From Crocinitomicaceae bacterium (GTDB lineage Bacteria; Bacteroidota; Bacteroidia; Flavobacteriales_D; Crocinitomicaceae): 64,000 nucleotides of DNA. Each line of letters begins with the position of its first letter. Position 1 is the stretch's first letter. The stretch lies in contig JAHEIL010000010.1 in NCBI GenBank assembly GCA_024639405.1, forward strand, positions 14,048-78,047, in the 5' to 3' direction. The notes beneath the pieces are model-generated. The model did not search any database, was not told the origin of the DNA, and saw only the letters and a list, made by a program, of their open reading frames with translations. The position numbers were made by a program, and so were the translations under genes. Below are positions 51,054-60,773 of the stretch, in pieces.

Positions 51054-52592
51054 TTGAAAAATTACAAGAATACTCTCAAAATTGCGCTTTTTTTAAGCGC
51101 ATTTTTTTTGTCACCCATCACACTTTGGGGACAGAAGAATGTTCTTGAATTAGTAAAAGGCTCACAATTATTGGGTTACAATGAAAAAACGGGAGCCCAT
51201 CGCTTGGTGGGTCAAGTGAGTTTCATCTATCAAGGAAATACAATGTACAGCGATTCTGCTCATTATTTTCAAAAAACAAAAGAAGTACGCGCCTACGGAA
51301 ATGTTCACATCACTAAAGGTGGTATCAATTTATTTTGCGACTCGTTATATTACAATGGTAAAACACGGAAAGCACGCTTGTGGGGACATGTAAGGGTGCG
51401 TGATGTTGAATACAAATTAACAACTGATTCATTGGACTATGACACTAAATTGAGTCAAGGTGTTTACAGAACTGGTGGACGTGTAGAAAATAGTACCAAT
51501 GATGAAGTTTTAACCAGCAAAATTGGTTATTTCTATCCACGAGCGAACAGTTTTTTCTTTAGTCAAAATGTGGTGTACCGTAAAAAAGATTTGTCGATGA
51601 CAACCGATACGTTGCAATTTATTTATGCGAAACAAACTACCTACTTTTTTGGTCCAACGCATATTAAAAGAGGTGACACAAAAATGTTTTGTAAAAAAGG
51701 GTGGTATAACGTTGAAACCAAAGAAGGACGCTTTTTAAAAGCTGGTGAAATTTTTGAGAATGGTAAACACATCAAAGGCGATACCTTATTTTACCAACCA
51801 CATTTGGGTCAATCAGTTGGAAGAGGTCACGTTTACTTCAAAGATTCATTGCAAGCCATGAGTTTTTCAGGAGATTATGCACGTTATTCTTCTATAAAAA
51901 ACAACAGCATTATTGTTGGACATACTTTAGCGACTAAAATTCAACGTCAAGACACGCTGTACATTCATGCCGACACCTTATTCAATCAAAATGACAGTCT
52001 TGGAAAACCACTTTTTTCTAAAGGGTATCATAAAGTTAAACTTTTCAACAGCAGCATACAATCCATTTGTGACAGCATAACATTTGACGCCAAGGCGGAG
52101 AAAATGAATTTGTTCAAAAAACCTATTGTTTGGTCGAACAATGCAGAATTGAAAGGAGAATTAATGACCATTTTGATCAAAGATTCAATGCTTCATCACA
52201 TTTCTATTTCAAACAAAGCATCAGTTGTGATGGAATTAGATAAGGGCGCCTACTTCAATCAAATCGAAGGAAAACAAATCGAAGCTTTTTTCCAAGCAAA
52301 TGATTTAGTTCGAACAGATGTAATCGGAAATGCCCGCACCATCTTCTATCCTAGAGATGAAAAAACAACCGATTCTAGTTTTGTCATTAAACGATTAGGC
52401 ATGAACCGTTTATATGCGAGTGAATTAAAAATCTATTTAGACAGCGGCGAAATAAAAAACATCACTTACTTCGACAAACCAGACGGTATTTTTTACCCTA
52501 TGGATCAAATCAACAAAGACGAACAATACATTTCCACCTTTAAATGGCAACCGATGTTACGCCCAAAACATTGGATGGAAATTGTGCATTAA
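51054..52592 (+). CDS. OstA-like (LptD N-terminal domain) repeat protein
   Basis: Signal peptide, then repeated OstA-type beta-jellyroll segments (GNVHITKGGINLFCDSLYYN, GHVRVRD...). TTG start directly after the purA stop. Confidence 0.55.
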   Translation: MKNYKNTLKIALFLSAFFLSPITLWGQKNVLELVKGSQLLGYNEKTGAHRLVGQVSFIYQGNTMYSDSAHYFQKTKEVRAYGNVHITKGGINLFCDSLYYNGKTRKARLWGHVRVRDVEYKLTTDSLDYDTKLSQGVYRTGGRVENSTNDEVLTSKIGYFYPRANSFFFSQNVVYRKKDLSMTTDTLQFIYAKQTTYFFGPTHIKRGDTKMFCKKGWYNVETKEGRFLKAGEIFENGKHIKGDTLFYQPHLGQSVGRGHVYFKDSLQAMSFSGDYARYSSIKNNSIIVGHTLATKIQRQDTLYIHADTLFNQNDSLGKPLFSKGYHKVKLFNSSIQSICDSITFDAKAEKMNLFKKPIVWSNNAELKGELMTILIKDSMLHHISISNKASVVMELDKGAYFNQIEGKQIEAFFQANDLVRTDVIGNARTIFYPRDEKTTDSSFVIKRLGMNRLYASELKIYLDSGEIKNITYFDKPDGIFYPMDQINKDEQYISTFKWQPMLRPKHWMEIVH

Positions 52593-52595
52593 ACC

Positions 52596-54821
52596 CTACT
52601 CGCTCGCCAACATCTCCTCATCTGTATCCCAGCGTTGAACACGTTGAACACCTTCCACGCCTTCAAATTTACGCATCAACAATTCTAAATCGTGTGTATC
52701 AATGACCAAGACTTTGATGCGCCCTTCAAAAATACCATCTTCGGTTTCAAATGAAATGGATTTCATGTTGACATTGTGCTCTTTGGAAATGATTTCAGTG
52801 AGGCGATTCACCAATCCTAAATTATCAATCCCAACGATGCGAATAGACGCTACTCGTTCTTGAATAACAATCGATTGCCATTGTGCTTTAACACATCGGT
52901 AATTCATTTTCGACAATAAATGTTCAGAATTAGGACAATTGGTGCGGTGTATTTTAATTCCTTCGTTAATGGTGATAAAACCAAACACCTCATCACCTGG
53001 AATCGGATTGCAACATTTTGCTAATTGGTACTGAATATTCTTAAAATCTTCACCAATAATGATTGTATCCTGCTTTGTATTGATTTTAGGATAAACATCT
53101 TTTTCATGACGATCCATTTTCTGTTGCAAGCCTTTCTTTTCAGAATGCAAAATACCATTTTCGATTTGTATGTATCGAATTTGACTCAAATCTATTTTTC
53201 CCTTCGCTATTCTGAAATAGAGTTCTGTCGAAGTTGGTAATCCAAAAAAGTTTTCTAAAAACGAAATATTTTCAGGCGTAAATCGAACATTGTATTGCTT
53301 GAATTTTCGGGTAAGAATCTCTTTTCCGTCCAACGCGATGGTTTTTCGTTCTTCGTTCAACGAATTCTTAATTTTTTGCTTCGCTCTTGCAGACACCACA
53401 AAACGCAACCACTCTTCATGCGGCTTTTGTTTAGATGATGTGATAATCTCCAACTGATCGCCGTTCAACAATTGGTAACTCAAAGGAACCAAACGGTTGT
53501 TCACTTTTGCACCAATGCATTTGTTACCAATATCCGTGTGAATATCGTAGGCAAAATCTAAAATGGTTGCACCAGTTGGTAATACTCGCAATTCGCCTTT
53601 TGGTGTAAACACATAAATTTCATCAGCAAACAAATTCGCTTTGAATTCATTGATAAAATCTAACGCACTTACATCAGGATTTTCTAATAAATCACGGATT
53701 TCAGCAATCCAACGATCAAATTTACTTTCTTCAGAATTGGATTCTTTGTATTTGTAATGCGCAGCCAAGCCTTTTTCAGCAATTTCATCCATTCGTTTAG
53801 AACGAATTTGAACTTCCACCCATTTTCCTTGAAGCGACATTACAGTTGTATGCAATGATTCGTAACCATTGGCACGCGGAGTTGAGATCCAATCGCGTAA
53901 ACGTTCTGGACTTGGCTGGTAAAAATCAGTAACTATACTGTAAATCTTCCAACAGTCTGCTTTTTCCATTTCAGGTTTCGAATCCACAATAATGCGAATA
54001 GCAAACACGTCAAATACTTCTTCGAAAGGAATTTCTTTGTCATGCATTTTCCTCCAAATCGAAGCTATCGATTTAGTGCGTGCTTTGATTTCAAAATGGT
54101 AATTCTCGTGTTGTAACGCTTCTTTTATCGGATGTACAAAACGACGAATGAAACGCGTTCGAACTTCTTGAGTAGACTTTAAGTTAGTTTCTATCGTGTT
54201 GTAAACTTCTGGCTCACTGTACAATAAAGCCAAGTCCTCCAATTCCCCTTTAATAGAATACAAGCCTAAACGATGTGCTAATGGAGCGTATAAAAATTTT
54301 GTTTCTGATGCGATTTTCAATTGCTTATCTGCACGCATACTTCCCAACGTTCGCATGTTGTGTAAACGATCTGCTAACTTAATCAACACAACACGAATAT
54401 CGTCTGAAATTGTTAAGATCATTTTACGGAAATTCTCCGCTTGAATGGATGCGTTTTCGTCAAAAACTTCAGGTATTTTTGTTAATCCGTCGATGATGAG
54501 TCGAACTTTAGGTCCGAACAAATCCTCCACATCTTGCAAAGTAATGTGCGTATCTTCAACCGTATCGTGCAATAGGGCACACGTGATAGCTGTTGCACCT
54601 AAACCCATTTCTTCCGCACAAATTCGAGCCACTGCAATAGGATGATAAATATAAGGTTCGCCTGATTTTCGACGCATTTCTTTGTGTGCATCAACAGCAA
54701 CATCAAATGCTTTTCGAATCATTTTCGTGTCTTCTCGCGAGCGATTTTTGGTCGCACGCAACAAGCCCTTAAACGCATTTAATATTTCTTTTCGTTCCTT
54801 TTCTAAATCAATTTCTAGCAT
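52596..54821 (-). CDS. Bifunctional (p)ppGpp synthetase/hydrolase (RelA/SpoT family)
   Basis: HD hydrolase motif (ALLHDTVEDT), synthetase motifs (RTKSIASIWRKM, YESLHTTV), and TGS and ACT domains. Confidence 0.92.
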   Translation of the reverse strand: MLEIDLEKERKEILNAFKGLLRATKNRSREDTKMIRKAFDVAVDAHKEMRRKSGEPYIYHPIAVARICAEEMGLGATAITCALLHDTVEDTHITLQDVEDLFGPKVRLIIDGLTKIPEVFDENASIQAENFRKMILTISDDIRVVLIKLADRLHNMRTLGSMRADKQLKIASETKFLYAPLAHRLGLYSIKGELEDLALLYSEPEVYNTIETNLKSTQEVRTRFIRRFVHPIKEALQHENYHFEIKARTKSIASIWRKMHDKEIPFEEVFDVFAIRIIVDSKPEMEKADCWKIYSIVTDFYQPSPERLRDWISTPRANGYESLHTTVMSLQGKWVEVQIRSKRMDEIAEKGLAAHYKYKESNSEESKFDRWIAEIRDLLENPDVSALDFINEFKANLFADEIYVFTPKGELRVLPTGATILDFAYDIHTDIGNKCIGAKVNNRLVPLSYQLLNGDQLEIITSSKQKPHEEWLRFVVSARAKQKIKNSLNEERKTIALDGKEILTRKFKQYNVRFTPENISFLENFFGLPTSTELYFRIAKGKIDLSQIRYIQIENGILHSEKKGLQQKMDRHEKDVYPKINTKQDTIIIGEDFKNIQYQLAKCCNPIPGDEVFGFITINEGIKIHRTNCPNSEHLLSKMNYRCVKAQWQSIVIQERVASIRIVGIDNLGLVNRLTEIISKEHNVNMKSISFETEDGIFEGRIKVLVIDTHDLELLMRKFEGVEGVQRVQRWDTDEEMLASE

Positions 54822-54831
54822 GAATTGTTCC

Positions 54832-56097
54832 TTATTTTGCAGGTAAAATTTTTGCTTTTACTTCTCCAAATCCGATGCGAACACCTTCATTTTCACAATG
54901 TCCACGCATGATAACTGTGTCGTTATCTTGAATGAATTTTCGTTCAGAACCATCCGCCATTTTTAATGGTTTTGTTCCTTTCCAAGCCAATTCCAACATA
55001 GAACCATAAGAATCTTCAGTTGGACCAGAAATTGTTCCAGAACCCATTAAATCGCCACATTTTACATTACAACCATTCACCGTGTGGTGTGCCAATTGTT
55101 GCGCCATGTTCCAATACATGTATTTGAAATTCGATTTAGAAATTACAGTTTCAGTTGAGTTTTCAGGAGCAATTGCTACTTCCAACTTCAAATCATATGA
55201 TTTTTTTCCTTCAAATTCTAAATAACTCAACACAGCAGGATCTTGTTTTGGCGATTCCACTTTGAATGGTTCTAAAGCATCTAAAGTTACTACCCAAGCA
55301 GAAATAGAAGACGCAAAATTCTTCGCTAAGAAAGGTCCTAATGGAACATATTCCCACGTTTGAATATCGCGAGCCGACCAATCATTGAACAAAACCATTC
55401 CGAAAATATAATCTTCCGCTTCTTCCGTTGAAATTGAATCGCCTAATGGTTTTCCTTCGAATGTAATAAATGCTGTTTCCAATTCAAAATCTAAATTGCG
55501 ACAAGGAGCAAAAATTGGATCAGCTTGCGGGTCTGGTTTAATTTGCCCCTTAGGACGGTGAATATTGACATCCGATAAAATAACCGAACTCGCTCTACCG
55601 TGGTATCCAACTGGAATCCACAACCAATTTGGCAACAATGCATTGGCAGGATCTCTAAACATCATTCCTACATTGGTTGCATGTTCACGTGACGAATAAA
55701 AATCGGTGTAATCGCCTATTTGAATAGGCATACAAACGTGAACCGCATCAATTGGAAACAAAACAGTTGAACGATTTTCTTGCAATAAAGTTGATGAAAC
55801 CTCTAATAAATCTGAGATTTTATTACGCAATGCTCGCACGCCCAATTTTCCTTTCTTCATCATTGGATTCAAAACTGTTGCTTCAAAATCTGAACGTTCA
55901 AACCCTAAATTGGCTAATAAACCCAGTTCAAAAACAGCACAAAGATCCAACACATAATCTCCAATTCTCACTCCTACTCGTTCTGATGAATGAGCAGTTT
56001 TAAAAATCCCAAAAGGTAAATTTTGGATGGGGAAATCAGAATTTGTAGGAACGTCAACCCACGACTTCAAAGCTGGATTATTGGCAGAAATAGTCAT
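54832..56097 (-). CDS. fahA: Fumarylacetoacetase
   Basis: 421 aa. N-terminal domain FPIQNLPFGIF and catalytic region DFELE...NDWSARDIQ.WEYVPLGPF. Confidence 0.88.
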   Translation of the reverse strand: MTISANNPALKSWVDVPTNSDFPIQNLPFGIFKTAHSSERVGVRIGDYVLDLCAVFELGLLANLGFERSDFEATVLNPMMKKGKLGVRALRNKISDLLEVSSTLLQENRSTVLFPIDAVHVCMPIQIGDYTDFYSSREHATNVGMMFRDPANALLPNWLWIPVGYHGRASSVILSDVNIHRPKGQIKPDPQADPIFAPCRNLDFELETAFITFEGKPLGDSISTEEAEDYIFGMVLFNDWSARDIQTWEYVPLGPFLAKNFASSISAWVVTLDALEPFKVESPKQDPAVLSYLEFEGKKSYDLKLEVAIAPENSTETVISKSNFKYMYWNMAQQLAHHTVNGCNVKCGDLMGSGTISGPTEDSYGSMLELAWKGTKPLKMADGSERKFIQDNDTVIMRGHCENEGVRIGFGEVKAKILPAK

Positions 56098-56174
56098 TTA
56101 TTTTGTTTTTTAAAAATACCGTATATTAATTGACTATAAAGTTAAGGAAATTGGCGAAAATAAAAGTTTAAAAC

Positions 56175-56206
56175 AAAAAAAAACCACCTTCAGAAAGAAG
56201 ATGGTT
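56175..56206 (-). terminator. Rho-independent terminator (minus strand) after ychF
   Basis: Minus-strand stem aaccatcttc / gaaggtggtt (one G-U pair) followed by a 9-T run (plus-strand A run 56175-56183). Confidence 0.65.
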
Positions 56207-56228
56207 GATTCGTATCGTTTTTAATTTA

Positions 56229-57326
56229 TTACACGTTGAATCTAAAATGCATAATATCACCATCTTCAACGACGTATTCTTTTCCTTCAACTTTAAATTT
56301 CCCTGCATCTTTCACAGCAGATTCTGAACCCAAAGTTGTGAAATCATCGTACTTCATTACTTCAGCACGAATGAATCCTTTTTCAAAATCTGTGTGGATC
56401 ACTCCAGCAGCTTGTGGCGCAGTCATTCCTTTTGTAATTGTCCATGCACGAACTTCTTTTACACCAACTGTAAAATACGTTTGTAAATTCAATAGTGCAT
56501 ATGCTGAAATAATCAAACGATTCACTCCTGGCTCTTCCAAGCCTAATTCATCTAAGAACATTTTACGTTCTTCGTACGTTTCCAATTCAGTAATATCCGA
56601 TTCAATTTTAGCACCAATCACTAAAACTTGTGCATTTTCATCTTTCACCGCTTCTTTGACTTGATCAACGTAAGCGTTGCCAGATTTCACTGAAGCTTCA
56701 TCAACATTACATAAATACAATACTGGCTTCGATGTGATTAATTGGAATTTAGCAACAATTGCATGTTCTTTTTCATCAAATTCAATGGCACGAACAGAAA
56801 TACTTTTTTCTAGTGCATCTTTGATTTTTGTTGCAATTTCATTTTCTTTTAAAATATCTTTATCACCCGATTTCAACACACGGGCTAAACCAGCCAAACG
56901 TTTTTCAATCGTTTCTAAATCTTTTAATTGTAATTCAATGTCAATAATTTCTTTGTCGCGAATTGGGTTCACAGAACCATCAACGTGAATGATGTTTCCA
57001 TCATCAAAACATCTTAATACATGAATAATGGCATCTGTTTCACGAATATTAGCTAAAAATTGATTTCCCAATCCTTCACCTTTTGACGCTCCTTTCACCA
57101 ATCCAGCAATGTCAACAATTTCCATGGTAGTTGGCATCACGCGTTGTGGATTTGCCAATGCCTCCAATTTCTCTAAACGTGGATCTGGCACTGAAATCGT
57201 ACCGATATTTGGTTCAATCGTACAAAAAGGAAAATTTGCAGATTGCGCTTTCGCGTTCGACAAACAATTGAAAAGTGTTGATTTACCTACATTTGGTAAA
57301 CCTACAATACCACATTTTAAAGCCAT
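56229..57326 (-). CDS. ychF: Redox-regulated ATPase YchF
   Basis: MALKCGIVGLPNVGKSTLFN plus the TGS domain. ATG 57326 chosen: the family normally starts here and a -7 box sits 16 nt upstream. Confidence 0.93.
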   Translation of the reverse strand: MALKCGIVGLPNVGKSTLFNCLSNAKAQSANFPFCTIEPNIGTISVPDPRLEKLEALANPQRVMPTTMEIVDIAGLVKGASKGEGLGNQFLANIRETDAIIHVLRCFDDGNIIHVDGSVNPIRDKEIIDIELQLKDLETIEKRLAGLARVLKSGDKDILKENEIATKIKDALEKSISVRAIEFDEKEHAIVAKFQLITSKPVLYLCNVDEASVKSGNAYVDQVKEAVKDENAQVLVIGAKIESDITELETYEERKMFLDELGLEEPGVNRLIISAYALLNLQTYFTVGVKEVRAWTITKGMTAPQAAGVIHTDFEKGFIRAEVMKYDDFTTLGSESAVKDAGKFKVEGKEYVVEDGDIMHFRFNV

Positions 57327-57342
57327 TTTATTTATTTTTTTG

Positions 57343-57350
57343 CAAATATA
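57343..57350 (-). promoter_or_regulatory. Bacteroidota -7 box (TATATTTG on minus strand) for ychF
   Basis: Plus-strand caaatata is TATATTTG on the minus strand. It lies within the 5' extension of track ORF 57359. Confidence 0.45.
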
Positions 57351-57455
57351 ATTAATCAAAAGTTGAAAGGCTATTTTAGACGACTGAAATCCTGAAAATA
57401 AATTGTGATGAAACGTTTAAAATAGGTCCTTTTTTGTAACTTCGCTCAAAAAAAG

Positions 57456-57980
57456 ATGTTACTTCCCATACTTTTTGGATTTATTTCCTTCATTCTTTTG
57501 TTAGTTATTGTTGGACTCGTTTCAGCAAAAACGGTTTATGTGCAACAAACTGCTATTCTTTCAACAAATTCCACTACTGCTTTTGATTCAGTTGCCGATT
57601 TTCAACAATTTGTTAAATGGAACGCTTGGTCCGCAAAAGACCCAAACATGCAACAAACGTTTTCAGGAACACCAAAAACGATTGGACACGCTTATCAATG
57701 GTCTGGAAATAAAAATGTTGGGATAGGTTCCATGGAAATTATAGATATTAAAGAAGATTTAGGAATTGAAATGGCCTTAAATTTTGGTCCACGTGGCGGT
57801 TCAAAGTGTGGATTTGATTTTGAAGCACTTGCAGAAAATCAAACAAAAATCACGTGGTGGTTTAAATCTGAAGTTGGAAGCAATCCATTCAGACGTGTTT
57901 TTGGGCTCATGATGGAACGCTTCATTACCAAAGATTTTGGTCAAGGATTAAAGAATTTAAAACACTACTTAAACGCATAA
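57456..57980 (+). CDS. SRPBCC (polyketide cyclase/START-like) family protein with N-terminal TM anchor
   Basis: Hydrophobic N-terminus followed by a roughly 140-aa domain with an SRPBCC-like pattern (FVKWNAWS..., ITWWF). Confidence 0.55.
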   Translation: MLLPILFGFISFILLLVIVGLVSAKTVYVQQTAILSTNSTTAFDSVADFQQFVKWNAWSAKDPNMQQTFSGTPKTIGHAYQWSGNKNVGIGSMEIIDIKEDLGIEMALNFGPRGGSKCGFDFEALAENQTKITWWFKSEVGSNPFRRVFGLMMERFITKDFGQGLKNLKHYLNA

Positions 57981-57982
57981 AA

Positions 57983-59341
57983 ATGAAATTAACGATTCTT
58001 TTTGTAATATCCGCTTTTGTTATCAACGCTCAAAAATACGACTCAACATTCATAAAATCCATTTATAACGAAGCGCTTTCAAAAGGAGATTCTTACCAAA
58101 GTTTGAGAAGTTTGTGCAAAGACATTGGCGCAAGACTTTCAGGTTCTGCCGAAGCTGCAATGGCTATAGAATGGGGTAAAAAGAAAATGGAAAGCTATCA
58201 ATTTGATGCTGTATATTTACAAGAAATAAAAGTTCCTCATTGGGAAAGAGGAACGAAAGAAAGTGGCTGGATTCGCACCCAAAAAGGCAAATTAATTAAA
58301 GTGAATTTATTGGCATTGGGTGGTTCAATTGGCACCAACGGATTATTAGAAGGTGAATTGGTACTTTTTAACCATGTAGATGATTTAAAAAAAGCCAAAA
58401 AATCTTCTATTGAAGGAAAAATCGTTTTCATCAATCAAGCGATGAATGAAAAAGAAATCAATACCTTTAAAGCCTATGGTGGCTGTTACACTTTACGTGG
58501 AAACGGAGCAGTTGAAGGCGCGAAAATGGGCGCAAAAGCCGTTTTGATTCGTTCTGTTGGTATGCCGTTGGACAAACATCCGCACACGGGTTCGATGCAT
58601 TATGAAGATTCCATACAAAAAATACCTGCAGCAGCATTATCGACTGAAGACGCAGAATTTTTAGGGCAATTATTGAAAAATGAAAAAGCTTCATTTGTAT
58701 TAGAAATGGATTGCCGCTCTTACGAAGATGCTACTTCATACAATGTGATTGGCGAATTAAAAGGTTCCACTTTTCCAAATGAAATCATCACTTTTGGAGG
58801 ACATTTAGACTCTTGGGACACAGGCGAAGGAGCACACGATGATGGCGCTGGAATCGCTCATTGCTTAGAAGCCTTGCGTTTGCTTAAAGTATTGAATTAC
58901 CGACCAACTCACACACTTCGATTGGTGCTTTTCATGAATGAAGAAAATGGCAACAAAGGTGGGAAAACCTATGCCAAATGGGTCAAAGAAAAAGGTGAAA
59001 AACACCTAGCAGCATTAGAAAGTGACCGTGGCGGATTTTCTCCTCGTGGATTTCAATGTGATGGCAACGAAAAATTTCAAACCTTGTTAAAATCATTTGC
59101 GCCAACATTTGCGCCGTATGAACTTTCAGAATTTGGGAAAGGTTATGGAGGTGTAGACATTTCTCCTTTGAAAGATGAATTTCCTGGAATTCCATTGTTT
59201 GGTTTTGTTCCTGATTCACAACGTTATTTTGATTTCCACCATGCGCCAAGTGATGTTTTTGAAAGCGTTAACAAACGTGAACTTGAATTGGGTGCTGCAG
59301 CAATTGCAAGCATGATTTATTTGCTAGATCGACACTTATAA
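57983..59341 (+). CDS. M28 family metallopeptidase (with PA-like insert)
   Basis: Zinc ligand regions GGHLDSWDTGEGAHDDGAG, MNEENG and FHHAPSD. Confidence 0.8.
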   Translation: MKLTILFVISAFVINAQKYDSTFIKSIYNEALSKGDSYQSLRSLCKDIGARLSGSAEAAMAIEWGKKKMESYQFDAVYLQEIKVPHWERGTKESGWIRTQKGKLIKVNLLALGGSIGTNGLLEGELVLFNHVDDLKKAKKSSIEGKIVFINQAMNEKEINTFKAYGGCYTLRGNGAVEGAKMGAKAVLIRSVGMPLDKHPHTGSMHYEDSIQKIPAAALSTEDAEFLGQLLKNEKASFVLEMDCRSYEDATSYNVIGELKGSTFPNEIITFGGHLDSWDTGEGAHDDGAGIAHCLEALRLLKVLNYRPTHTLRLVLFMNEENGNKGGKTYAKWVKEKGEKHLAALESDRGGFSPRGFQCDGNEKFQTLLKSFAPTFAPYELSEFGKGYGGVDISPLKDEFPGIPLFGFVPDSQRYFDFHHAPSDVFESVNKRELELGAAAIASMIYLLDRHL

Positions 59342-59401
59342 CAAACCATTCCATGTTGATAAATCTGTTTTTTTGTTCCCAATCAATTGAATGAAAATCC
59401 T

Positions 59402-59409
59402 TAACTTTG
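59402..59409 (+). promoter_or_regulatory. Bacteroidota -7 box (TAACTTTG)
   Basis: Exact TAnnTTTG match, 57 nt upstream of ATG 59467. The 6-bp inverted repeat ACACAA-acaa-TTGTGT (59415-59430) lies just downstream. Confidence 0.35.
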
Positions 59410-59466
59410 TCGTAACACAAACAATTGTGTCATTTTGACACTATTAAATACAAAAAAACAATTGAC

Positions 59467-60714
59467 ATGATTCAAGATATTTTTGAAAAAATCGCTAAAA
59501 ATCGTGGGCCATTAGGTCAACATGCAAAAGAATCTCACGGCTATTTCACTTTTCCAAAATTAGAAGGCGCAATTGGTCCTCACATGAATTTTAGAGGTAA
59601 AGAACGTTTGAATTGGAGTTTAAATAACTATTTAGGCTTAGCCAATCATCCTGAAGTGCGTCAAGCAGATGCTGATGCAGCCTCAAATTTCGGTTTTGCA
59701 TCTCCTATGGGCGCACGAATGATGAGTGGAAATTCAAATTATCACGAACAATTGGAAGCTGAGTTGTCTGCTTTTGTTGAAAAAGAAGATACTATCTTAT
59801 GCAATTTCGGTTACCAAGCAATGGTTTCTGCCATTGATGCTTTAGTTGATCGAAGAGATGTAATTGTTTATGATGCAGAATCGCACGCTTGTATCTTAGA
59901 TGGTGTTCGTTTACACATGGGAAAACGTTATGTTTTCAAACACAACGACGTTGAAGATTGTGAAAAACAATTGGAACGCGCTACAAAATTAGCAGAAGAA
60001 CAAGGTGGTGCAATTTTAGTGATCACGGAAGGTGTTTTCGGGATGCGTGGCGATCAAGGTAAATTGAAAGAAATCGTTGCCTTGAAAAAGAAATTCAATT
60101 TCCGCTTGTTTGTAGACGATGCACACGGTATCGGTACATTGGGTGCTACAGGTGGTGGAACTGGTCAAGAACAAAATTGCCAAGATGGCATTGATATTTA
60201 CTTCGGAACATTTGCCAAATCATTTGCATTAATCGGTGGATTTATTTCAAGTGACGAACAAGTTGTTGAATACTTGCGTTACAACATGCGTTCTCAAATT
60301 TTTGCAAAAGCATTGCCTTTACCATTAGTTGTAGGTGCATTAAAACGCTTAGAGTTAATGCGTACACAGCCAGAATTAAAAGATAATTTATGGAAAATCA
60401 CGAATGCATTGCAATCTGGTTTGACAAAAGCTGGTTTTGAAATTGGAGAAACAAATTCATGTGTTACACCTGTTTACATGAATGGTTCTATTCCAGAAGC
60501 TACAAACTTAATCTACGATTTACGTGAAAATTACAACATTTTCTGTTCAATGGTCGTTTACCCAGTTGTACCTAAAGGAATGATCATTCTTCGATTAATT
60601 CCTACTGCTGTTCACACACTAGAAGATGTGAATTATACCATCGATTGTTTTTCTAAAATAGTTGGAAAATTAAAAGCTGGTGAATACATGTCAGACAAAA
60701 TCGCAGCAATTTAA
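59467..60714 (+). CDS. Alpha-oxoamine synthase family PLP enzyme (KBL / BioF / serine-palmitoyltransferase-like)
   Basis: Class-II aminotransferase fold with PLP-lysine motif GTFAKSFA, plus DDAHG. ATG 59467 (MIQDIF) chosen over TTG 59425. Confidence 0.8.
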   Translation: MIQDIFEKIAKNRGPLGQHAKESHGYFTFPKLEGAIGPHMNFRGKERLNWSLNNYLGLANHPEVRQADADAASNFGFASPMGARMMSGNSNYHEQLEAELSAFVEKEDTILCNFGYQAMVSAIDALVDRRDVIVYDAESHACILDGVRLHMGKRYVFKHNDVEDCEKQLERATKLAEEQGGAILVITEGVFGMRGDQGKLKEIVALKKKFNFRLFVDDAHGIGTLGATGGGTGQEQNCQDGIDIYFGTFAKSFALIGGFISSDEQVVEYLRYNMRSQIFAKALPLPLVVGALKRLELMRTQPELKDNLWKITNALQSGLTKAGFEIGETNSCVTPVYMNGSIPEATNLIYDLRENYNIFCSMVVYPVVPKGMIILRLIPTAVHTLEDVNYTIDCFSKIVGKLKAGEYMSDKIAAI

Positions 60715-60734
60715 AATACATTTGAAATCTCCTA

Positions 60735-60763
60735 AAAGACCAGCAATTGTTGGTCTTTTTTTT
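60735..60763 (+). terminator. Rho-independent terminator
   Basis: Stem aaagaccagc (60735-44) / gttggtcttt (60749-58, one G-U pair) running into an 8-T run. It covers the start of track ORF 60747. Confidence 0.65.
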
Positions 60764-60773
60764 ATCCTTTAAC

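Noticed and set aside
56236-56988. Two long ORFs (142 and 103 aa) antisense to ychF; also antisense ORFs at 4209..4580, 11615..11926, 28608..29219, 36190..36504 and 37036..37446
   Set aside because: Each lies wholly opposite a strongly conserved gene, has serine- or phenylalanine-rich low-complexity sequence with no motifs, and lacks its own promoter box. They are typical shadow ORFs of AT-rich genomes.
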